NCBI GenBank assembly: GCA_004375695.1
Contig: SOKQ01000021.1
Location: 11,505-75,504 of the forward strand
DNA from: Hadesarchaea archaeon
GTDB lineage: Archaea; Hadarchaeota; Hadarchaeia; Hadarchaeales; Hadarchaeaceae
DNA: 64,000 nucleotides
Reading direction: 5' to 3'
Of the stretch, positions 49,041 through 56,407 are shown piece by piece. The translations under genes and the position numbers were made by a program. A model generated the notes under the pieces. That model searched no databases. It was not told the origin of the DNA and was given only the letters and a program-made list of their open reading frames with translations. The stretch's first letter is position 1; each line of letters starts with the position of its first letter.

Positions 49041-49796
49041 TCAGACATTGGAGCCAATCCATTCCTGAACAGCTTTGACGATGCGTTTTACGCTCTCCTC
49101 TATGAGGGTTTCTCCCTTTTCTTTAGAGGCTTCACTGACTCTTCCATGATAACCAGCCCAAGTCTCTCGATGAGTTTCCCCACACACTACATGAAGTGCC
49201 TCATTCGCGCTTCCGGGTTTTAGGTCGATGTCTTTTCCTTTGCTCAGTTCCACCGCCTCGGGTTTGATCGCTTGAACTACTGAAGTTTCCAGCGGACCAC
49301 CGTGACCGTGCCCCCCGCTTTGAGAGAAGAAGCCCAACGAATTAACGAAAGACTCTGGGAGCGTCTGCCACCAATTAATTAGCAGGACAAATCGGTCCGG
49401 AAATTCATCGGCAATAACCTCCCCCGCGGCCTTGACCACCTCGATATTTCCGTCGTGCGCGTTTAGCACGAGTATTCCTTTCACACCCGCTGCTAGGATG
49501 CCACGAAATACCTCGGTCAGATACTCGATCATTGCGTCTGTTCTTACGGACACGGTTCCCGGATATCCCTTGGTGGCTGATGGGCAATGACTGTAAGCAA
49601 TCAGGGGGAAAAGTACTCCCCCCAGTCTTTTTGCAACCCGTTCTGCGATAGCGGTGGCGATGATGCTGTCAGTGCCGAGTGGAGCGTGAGGCCCGTGGAA
49701 CTCGATACTCCCCATCGGAAGAATTCCCAGGGAGGCCCCGCGAAGCTGTTCCTTGGCACGAAATCCGGTAACGTTAAGAACCTCAACATGTTCCAT
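49041..49796 (-). CDS. Creatininase / ArfB-family amidohydrolase
   Basis: GSIEFHGPH.PLGTD, NAHDGN, H.G..ETS. Confidence 0.88.
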   Translation of the reverse strand: MEHVEVLNVTGFRAKEQLRGASLGILPMGSIEFHGPHAPLGTDSIIATAIAERVAKRLGGVLFPLIAYSHCPSATKGYPGTVSVRTDAMIEYLTEVFRGILAAGVKGILVLNAHDGNIEVVKAAGEVIADEFPDRFVLLINWWQTLPESFVNSLGFFSQSGGHGHGGPLETSVVQAIKPEAVELSKGKDIDLKPGSANEALHVVCGETHRETWAGYHGRVSEASKEKGETLIEESVKRIVKAVQEWIGSNV

Positions 49797-49855
49797 TCTA
49801 TCCTATCACCCATTTTCACTATTTTGATTTAAGATTGATGTAGAACGGCACAAAA

Positions 49856-49935
49856 TGGCGGGCCCGCGGGGATTCGAACCCCGGATTTGCAGCTTTCTTC
49901 GCCAAGATAGAAGGCTTGCGGGTGTTGCCACTTGC
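49856..49935 (-). pseudogene. tRNA-Arg(TCT) 3' fragment (positions ~27-76, with CCA) carrying two introns (49916-49932 at 29/30; 49895-49907 at 37/38); att-like relic
   Basis: Near-identical to 52141-52203 outside the introns; no D-arm or 5' acceptor strand. Confidence 0.88.
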
Positions 49936-49979
49936 TCTACGCGATTTGAATAGAGAAAAGACCTTCATTCAGTTTATTG

Positions 49980-50014
49980 ACCGATAGGTTTATACAGTAA
50001 CCGATAGGTTTATA
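49980..50014 (+). promoter_or_regulatory. Tandem 15-bp direct repeat ACCGATAGGTTTATA (period 20) overlapping the TATA box of the MNT-HEPN operon; probable autoregulatory operator
   Basis: Exact copies at 49980-49994 and 50000-50014, each with an ACC-N4-GGT dyad; ATG at 50019. Confidence 0.7.
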
Positions 50015-50018
50015 AGTT

Positions 50019-50582
50019 ATGCTACGAGAATTCAGGAAATTCAAAGGCTGGGTAATCCTCGAGTTCTTCCTCACTCATCCTAGCACCAAAATCCACTTCA
50101 AGGAACTTGTCCGCAAGCTCAGAGTGAGCCCAAGAACGGCACAGATATATCTCAAGACATTTGAGGACGATGGAATTTTGACGAAAGAGAGAGTCGGGAA
50201 CCTGACAATTTTTTCTTTAAATAACGAGTTGCAACTGGTTAGAGAATTAAAAAAAGCGCATTTTCTCCTCGCGCTGAATGAACTCGGGTTTCTTGATCAT
50301 TTTTTAAAAGGGAATTCTGGGGCTGTATCTCTAGCGTTATACGGTAGCTGCGCGGAGGGAACCTACGATGAAAAGAGTGATATTGATTTTTTAGTCATTA
50401 AACGCAGGGAAGTGGACAAACGTTCATTCAAAGAACTCGAAAAGTGGGCGAAGAAGGAGGTCCTCGTCACATGCATGGAACCCGTAGAATGGAATAGGAA
50501 AGCCAAGGAAAAAGATCCGTTTTATCGCAACGTCGTCAGAAAACACATCCTGCTCTATGGGGCCGATTTGGTGGTAGAGTGA
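50019..50582 (+). CDS. wHTH + minimal nucleotidyltransferase (MNT antitoxin)
   Basis: YGS.A.G....SDIDF motif (GSx10DxD); N-terminal wHTH. Confidence 0.9.
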   Translation: MLREFRKFKGWVILEFFLTHPSTKIHFKELVRKLRVSPRTAQIYLKTFEDDGILTKERVGNLTIFSLNNELQLVRELKKAHFLLALNELGFLDHFLKGNSGAVSLALYGSCAEGTYDEKSDIDFLVIKRREVDKRSFKELEKWAKKEVLVTCMEPVEWNRKAKEKDPFYRNVVRKHILLYGADLVVE

Positions 50583-51007
50583 ACCTGCGTGAATGTTTTG
50601 AGAAGGGCTTGTTGGTAAAGGGGCGAGCGAGCGAGGCAACTGTTGAGAGCACTATCCGGTTGGCTAAGCATAGCATCGAGAGGGCCGAAGGAAATTTTAA
50701 CATGGAGTACTTCGATGTTGCGTTCACCCTAGCGTATCAAGCGATGCTACATGCTGCTAGAGCGCTTCTTTTCAGGGATGGGGTCAAAGAAAGGAGCCAT
50801 GCTTGTGTGGTAGTGTACCTAAAGGAGAAATACAGAAGAAATTCACGGTTGATTAAGTATTTCAATCTCTTGGACTCTTACAGGATCAGCCGGCACGAGA
50901 TAGTGTACAGAGGAGGTAACATCCCACGGGAGGAAGCTTCCAGCGTGATTGAAGACGCTAAAGATTTCCTAAATACTGTGGAAAATATTTTGAAGCCGCA
51001 GCGGTAA
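50579..51007 (+). CDS. HEPN-domain protein (toxin partner of MNT)
   Basis: AY.AMLHAARALL, SH, RHEIVY; GTGA overlap with MNT. Confidence 0.88.
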   Translation: MNLRECFEKGLLVKGRASEATVESTIRLAKHSIERAEGNFNMEYFDVAFTLAYQAMLHAARALLFRDGVKERSHACVVVYLKEKYRRNSRLIKYFNLLDSYRISRHEIVYRGGNIPREEASSVIEDAKDFLNTVENILKPQR

Positions 51008-51061
51008 AACGTCTTGTTTAGATATCGCAAAAAACTAGCTCAAATAAGCCCCCTTAAAAGT

Positions 51062-51112
51062 GGGCCCGCGGGGATTCGAACCATAGGTCTGCAGCTTAGA
51101 AGTCTGCCGCCT
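51062..51112 (-). pseudogene. Intron-less tRNA-Arg(TCT) 3' fragment (positions ~22-72); att-like relic
   Basis: 46/51 nt match to the spliced form of the tRNA at 52141-52230 by manual alignment. Confidence 0.85.
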
Positions 51113-51211
51113 GCGTGCTGACGCCGATTCCCTGTTTGGTATAATATGGTATTTAATATAAAGTCAGAGAAATCCATATATATTTATAAGACTGATATGG
51201 ATTTGACTAAT

Positions 51212-52114
51212 ATGGTAAATCAAGACATATTACTTGAGAAACTGCGTTCGATCCTCCTTGAACGGGTGAGTTTAGAGAACATCCCCGAGCCCGTGTGGAA
51301 GCGTACGGCGGCCCTTAACACATGGGGCACGAACGCGGTAGAGGGAAGCACGATCAGTTGGGAAGACGCGCAGCGCTTGCTCATTGATGGCAAGGGGGTC
51401 CCAGACAAGCCGGTGAGGGACATCATGGAGACGATTCAGCACGAGCGTGCATTCCGCTCGCTCCCGGAGCTTCGAGGGACGCCCTTGGATTTGAAACGCA
51501 TCCTCCAACTCCACGAATCCGTCTTCAGAGGAATCCTGTCCGACGCTGGCCAGTGGCGGCGGGCAAACGTCCGGGTGAGGGGGGCCGCCTTTACACCTCC
51601 GAGGATGGAAAAGGTCTTGGCAGAACTCGAGGTTTATGAGCAGGAGTACAGGAAACGGGATGTTGCAGGAGATGGGGTATTCAGGCTGGGCGCTTGGATG
51701 CATTTCGAGTTCGAACGCATTCACCCATTCACGGATGGAAACGGGCGGGTCGGCAGGCTGCTGCTGAACCTTCACTTCCTCAATCACAACTGGCCGCCAA
51801 TACATGTCCTCCCCCGCCATAGGGATAACTACCTCCACGCGCTGAACGAGGCTGCAAAGGGTAACCTCTCACCGCTGGAGCGCCTCCTGAAGCTCCTGAT
51901 GGGCGCTAGCCTCGTGGACCTTCTGCATCAACTGGGAACCTCCGTGGACGAGCTAATGGACCTGAAGGATATCTCAAAATTCGTGCCCTATGGACCAAAG
52001 TACTTGGCGCTCCGATGTCAACAGGGTGCCATACCCGCAGTTAAGACGGGCAGGGAATGGCAGACGAGCAGAAGGGTGCTTGATCTTTATTCCAAGCTTG
52101 TAGCTAGAAAGTAG
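51212..52114 (+). CDS. Fic-domain protein with N-terminal inhibitory motif and C-terminal HTH
   Basis: HPFTDGNGRVGR; TNAVEG matches (S/T)xxxE(G/N); TTTATAA at 51183-51189 favours ATG 51212. Confidence 0.9.
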   Translation: MVNQDILLEKLRSILLERVSLENIPEPVWKRTAALNTWGTNAVEGSTISWEDAQRLLIDGKGVPDKPVRDIMETIQHERAFRSLPELRGTPLDLKRILQLHESVFRGILSDAGQWRRANVRVRGAAFTPPRMEKVLAELEVYEQEYRKRDVAGDGVFRLGAWMHFEFERIHPFTDGNGRVGRLLLNLHFLNHNWPPIHVLPRHRDNYLHALNEAAKGNLSPLERLLKLLMGASLVDLLHQLGTSVDELMDLKDISKFVPYGPKYLALRCQQGAIPAVKTGREWQTSRRVLDLYSKLVARK

Positions 52115-52140
52115 TTGGGATTTAGCTCCATTTGAAAAGG

Positions 52141-52230
52141 CGGGCCCGCGGGGATTCGAACCCCGGATCTGCAGCTTAGAAGGCTTGCGGGTCTGAGACT
52201 TGCCGCCTTATCCAGCTAGGCCACGGGCCC
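52141..52230 (-). tRNA. tRNA-Arg(TCT) with a 16-nt intron at 29/30 (52185-52200)
   Basis: Spliced GGGCCCGTGGCCTAGCTGGATAAGGCGGCAGCCTTCTAAGCTGCAGATCCGGGGTTCGAATCCCCGCGGGCCCG; BHB GCGG-CAA / CCGC-AAG. Confidence 0.93.
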
Positions 52231-52287
52231 ATGTTGAATTTAACGCGAGATGATTTAATATGTATGATACAATTATTCACGGTACCC

Positions 52288-53637
52288 ATGTTGAAACTCT
52301 TCGGAACCTTCGGCGTTCGGGGCATCGCAAATCGAGAGTTGACCCCCAAGCTAGCGTTTGAGCTCGGTCTAGCCCTAGCAACACACCTGAATGGCAAGGG
52401 AAAAATCGCGGTTGGGCGCGATAATCGCACTTCAAGCGAGATGTTAGAGCATGCGCTGATCGCTGGCCTAACAGCTGGCGGGTGCGAAGTGCTTAAGCTA
52501 GGCCTAACCCCCACGCCTGTGCTCTCCTTCGCCATCCGCCACTTCTCGTGTGACGCGGGCGTCATCATCACCGCTTCCCACAATCCACCCGAGTACAACG
52601 GGATCAAGTTCTGGGATAGCGAGGGCGCTGGGTTCGAGCGCAAGCGCGAGCGGGAGATCGAGCGCATCGTTTTCAAAGGGGGAAAGCGGGCTGATTGGCA
52701 GCACATCGGGCGCGTAAGCGAGGCCGACCCTCTGGAGCCCTATATCGATGCCATGTTGAAGCGTGTCCCAAAGTTCAAGCGTGGACTAAAAGTGGTCGTA
52801 GATTGCGGTAATGCCACAGGCAGCGTGGTGACACCTCGTTTGCTTCGAGAACTTGGCTGCAAGGTGGTCTCGCTCAACTGCCAGCTAGACGGCACTTTTC
52901 CGGGGCGCAAGCTCGAGACGGTTCCAGAAAACTTGGGTGAGCTCGCTAAAACCGTCGTCGCCTGCAAGGCCGATTTGGGGGTAGCCCACGATGGTGACGC
53001 GGATCGAACGTTGATCGTGGATGAGCGAGGTGAGATTCTCAGCGGCGACCGCATTTTCGCACTCGTGGCGTTGCATTACCTTCGCGAACGGAAGCGCCCC
53101 CGCATCGTGACCACGGTGGCCACCAGCACGGTACTTGATGATGTAGCTTCGAAGCTCGGCGGAGAAATCGCACGCACGCGAGTGGGGGAGCCTGAGATTA
53201 TCGGGGAATTTCGAAAGCGGGGTGGCGACATTGGCGGCGAAGAGAACGGAGGCGTCATCTTCCCAGACTGGCTGCTCTGCCGTGAAGGTATCATGACCGC
53301 TGTGAAGTCCATTGAGCTGCTCGACCGTACTGGCATGAAGGTTTCGGAATTAAATTCCACGCTGCCTCGTTACTCGCAGATTAAGCAAAGAGCCAAATGC
53401 CCGAACGAGCTTAAGCCCAAAGTCCTCAAAGCTCTCGCCAAGCGCTTCGCTAAGTACAAATTGGACCGCACCGATGGTCTGCGGGTAATTTTCGATGACG
53501 GCTGGCTGCTGCTCCGGCCTTCTGGGACCGAGCCTATCTTTAGATGCTTCGCCGAGGCTCGCGATGAGGAGCGGGTAGAGAAGCTGGTAAAACTTGGGAT
53601 GCGAGAACTGAAGGAATGCATTCGAAAGTTGTCGTGA
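52288..53637 (+). CDS. glmM: Phosphoglucosamine mutase / PMM-PGM
   Basis: FGT.GVRG, TASHNP, DGDADR, GEENG, RPSGTEP. Confidence 0.9.
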   Translation: MLKLFGTFGVRGIANRELTPKLAFELGLALATHLNGKGKIAVGRDNRTSSEMLEHALIAGLTAGGCEVLKLGLTPTPVLSFAIRHFSCDAGVIITASHNPPEYNGIKFWDSEGAGFERKREREIERIVFKGGKRADWQHIGRVSEADPLEPYIDAMLKRVPKFKRGLKVVVDCGNATGSVVTPRLLRELGCKVVSLNCQLDGTFPGRKLETVPENLGELAKTVVACKADLGVAHDGDADRTLIVDERGEILSGDRIFALVALHYLRERKRPRIVTTVATSTVLDDVASKLGGEIARTRVGEPEIIGEFRKRGGDIGGEENGGVIFPDWLLCREGIMTAVKSIELLDRTGMKVSELNSTLPRYSQIKQRAKCPNELKPKVLKALAKRFAKYKLDRTDGLRVIFDDGWLLLRPSGTEPIFRCFAEARDEERVEKLVKLGMRELKECIRKLS

Positions 53638-53659
53638 TTTTTCAACTTGGAGAGACGAA

Positions 53660-54694
53660 CTATCCCCGTTTGCTTGACGCGTGTTCACCAACGATGTTTA
53701 TTTTGGCCCCACACTTCGGGCACTGCTTATCTTTTAACTCATAGCGCGTGACGCTGAACCCGTAACGCTCGATTAGCAGCTCACCACACTTGGGGCAGTA
53801 AGTGTTGTCGGACTCGTGCCCGGGGACGTTTCCAATATAAATATAGTACAGCCCTGCTTCCTTGGCTATTTTCACCGCTCGCTCAAGCGTTTCTACCGGT
53901 GTTTGCGATCGGTCAGTCATTTTATAGTGGGGGTAGAATCGGCTGAAGTGGGTGGGAACCTCAGGGCCGAGTTTTTCAAAAACCCATTTACAGAATTTTC
54001 GGATTTCCTCAGGGCTGTCGTTCTCGCGGGGAACCACCAAATAAGTCACTTCTAGATGAATTCCATGCCCGACCATCCACTCGCAGGTTTCTAGGACTGG
54101 GTTGATGCTCGGAACCCCACATATCTTTCTGTAAAAATCGTCGTTAAACGCCTTGACATCGACATTGGCTGCGTCTAGATATGGCCCGAGCTCCTGCAAC
54201 GCGTCGATGGTTATGTAGCCGTTGGTCACGTATACGTTGTAAAGATTCTCGCGGTGTGCCAGTTTTCCTACATCGATAGCATATTCCGTCCAAATTGCTG
54301 GCTCAGTGTAAGTATGCGCTATGCCCTTGCAACCGTAGCGCTTGGTCAGTTCAATTGTTCGCTCGGGTGGAATGTCCTCGTGGGCGACCTTCTCGACGTT
54401 TACCTGCGAGATGGTCCAATTCTGACAGTGCAGACACTTGAAATTACAACCCGGGGCCGCGAGAGAAAAAACGCTGGTTCCTGGCCAAAAGTGATAAAGG
54501 GGTTTTTTCTCGATGGGGTCAGGCGTCATTGAAACGATTGAGCCGTAAACCAAGGTGTAGAATTCGCCGTCTTCGTTCTTTCGGGAACGACAGACGCCCA
54601 GCTTGCCAGGAGCTATCACACACCTCCATGGGCAAAGTGAGCAACGGACTTTCTTGTCCGGTAATTTCTCCCAAAATTTGGCGAGTTTTTTCAA
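53660..54694 (-). CDS. AmmeMemoRadiSam-system radical SAM enzyme
   Basis: DPIEKKPLYHF, CNFKCLHCQN, YTEP, YIGNV. Confidence 0.9.
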   Translation of the reverse strand: MKKLAKFWEKLPDKKVRCSLCPWRCVIAPGKLGVCRSRKNEDGEFYTLVYGSIVSMTPDPIEKKPLYHFWPGTSVFSLAAPGCNFKCLHCQNWTISQVNVEKVAHEDIPPERTIELTKRYGCKGIAHTYTEPAIWTEYAIDVGKLAHRENLYNVYVTNGYITIDALQELGPYLDAANVDVKAFNDDFYRKICGVPSINPVLETCEWMVGHGIHLEVTYLVVPRENDSPEEIRKFCKWVFEKLGPEVPTHFSRFYPHYKMTDRSQTPVETLERAVKIAKEAGLYYIYIGNVPGHESDNTYCPKCGELLIERYGFSVTRYELKDKQCPKCGAKINIVGEHASSKRG

Positions 54695-54797
54695 GCCGCC
54701 ACCAAAAGAAAATTAGTCAGTTTAAGCTTAAAGTTACATGTCAAACGTTGGACACCAAACTTTTCATAGGGCTGTGGAAATATCAAGTGGGGTCTGG

Positions 54798-55055
54798 ATG
54801 GCCGAAAGGGAGAAAGAGGTCGGGCATAGCTCCAAGGAAATAGTCGAGTCATTCGCATGCGCGGCGGAGGGGCTTCCTAAGCTCAAGGAAACTTACTACA
54901 ACCAGGAGACTTACAACGTTGCACGTCCTGATGGCGAGCCCTCCCGCGAAGAAGAGCGAACTGAATTTCGAAAACGTTTTATCTCGATTATGCCGGGGGT
55001 GGACGAAAAGGGGAACCTCAGGGTGGAGGTGGCGAAGTGGGTCGAGGAACGCTAG
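54798..55055 (+). CDS. gatC: Asp/Glu-tRNA amidotransferase subunit C (archaeal short form)
   Basis: ETYY...R.DG motif, 85 aa, directly upstream of gatA-gatB. Confidence 0.75.
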   Translation: MAEREKEVGHSSKEIVESFACAAEGLPKLKETYYNQETYNVARPDGEPSREEERTEFRKRFISIMPGVDEKGNLRVEVAKWVEER

Positions 55056-56407
55056 AGAAACTTGGGGCAATCCAGCAGGGGGAGCTTTCAGCTACGAAAA
55101 ACGTGCAGCAAGCACTAGACCGAATCAAAAAGTTGGATAAAAAAATAAAGGCGTTCATTGAACTCAACCCAAATGCTCTTGCTGAGGCCGAGGCCATTGA
55201 CCGCAAGCTCAAGCGTGGAGAACTGGCGGGCAAGCTGGCTGGCCTCACGATCGGAATAAAGTCGAACATCAATGTCAAGGGGCTCCGGGCCACTTGTGCC
55301 TCTCGCACCCTGGAAGATTACGTCTCCCCTTACGACGCCGAGGTCATCCGAAGAGTCCGTGATGCAGGGGGCATAATAGTGGGTATGAACAACATGGATG
55401 AGTTCGCGTGCGGCTCGAGCGGCGAGACCAGCTCATTTGGTCCGACCGACAATCCTGCTGCACCAGGCCATATACCAGGGGGTTCGAGCAGCGGTAGTGC
55501 CGCAGCAATAGCAGCTGGGATGTGCGACCTCTGTCTGGGCACGGATACGGGCGGCGCAATTGGGAACCCTGCGAGCCATTGTGGGGTCGTTGGCATCAGA
55601 CCAACCCAAGGTTTGGTACCAGCCCACGGTTTGATCGAGTTAGCAGTAAGCTTTGATCAGGTCGGGCCGTTAGCGCCAGATGTCTACGGTGCAGCGCTGA
55701 TGTTGGAGATCATCGCGGGTCGCAACCCGAACGAGTGCACAGCTCTAGACTCCCCAAGCGTCAACTATTCAGATAAGCTCGACATCGACATCGAAAATAT
55801 TCGTGTAGGGACGAGCTCCAAGTTTAGAGAGCTAACGAGTCCCGCAATCATGAAGGTCATTGATGGCGCGGTCGAGAAACTGCATCATCTCGGAGCAGAG
55901 GTCGTAGAAGTTGAGCTTCCCAATCTCGAAAAGGGCCTGTCAGCATATTACGTGATTATGTCGGCCGAGTTCTTCTCCGCAACGCGCAAGTTCGACGGCC
56001 GCAAGTACGGGCGACGCATCGAAGAAGTTTGTGGTGATGAGGTCCTTCGTAGGATCAAGTGCGGGGAATACATCAGCCGCATGGAGCAGCGCGACAAGTA
56101 CTACAAACGCGCGCTACAAGTCCGCACGCTTATGAGGCGAGAGTTTAAGGAAGCGTTGGATAGAGTTGACGTCATCGTGGGGCCAACCGTGCCGAAGCTG
56201 CCCCATCAGTTGGGCACGAAGTTGTCCCCGGCCGAGATGTACGCATACGATTACCTGACTTCACCAATCAGCCTCGCTGGCATCTGTGCTGGAACCGTCA
56301 AAGCAGGTGAGGCTAGTGGCATCCCGGTTGGTCTGCAGGTGCAAGGCAAAGTGCTTGGTGAAGAGACAGTATTGCGCGTCATGCGTGCCTTGGAGGCTGT
56401 GAAATGA
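55037..56407 (+). CDS. gatA: Amidotransferase subunit GatA (nucleophile Ser replaced by Ala)
   Basis: KSNI, NMDEFA, PGGSSSGS, GTDTGGAIG (consensus GSDTGGSIR), EV.RRI. Confidence 0.9.
   Translation: MGRGTLEKLGAIQQGELSATKNVQQALDRIKKLDKKIKAFIELNPNALAEAEAIDRKLKRGELAGKLAGLTIGIKSNINVKGLRATCASRTLEDYVSPYDAEVIRRVRDAGGIIVGMNNMDEFACGSSGETSSFGPTDNPAAPGHIPGGSSSGSAAAIAAGMCDLCLGTDTGGAIGNPASHCGVVGIRPTQGLVPAHGLIELAVSFDQVGPLAPDVYGAALMLEIIAGRNPNECTALDSPSVNYSDKLDIDIENIRVGTSSKFRELTSPAIMKVIDGAVEKLHHLGAEVVEVELPNLEKGLSAYYVIMSAEFFSATRKFDGRKYGRRIEEVCGDEVLRRIKCGEYISRMEQRDKYYKRALQVRTLMRREFKEALDRVDVIVGPTVPKLPHQLGTKLSPAEMYAYDYLTSPISLAGICAGTVKAGEASGIPVGLQVQGKVLGEETVLRVMRALEAVK

Noticed and set aside
46583..52230. Provirus, IS element or classical integron call for the TA region
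   Set aside because: No integrase, transposase, capsid or replication gene and no attC-like palindromes seen; reported as an unexplained cassette architecture instead.
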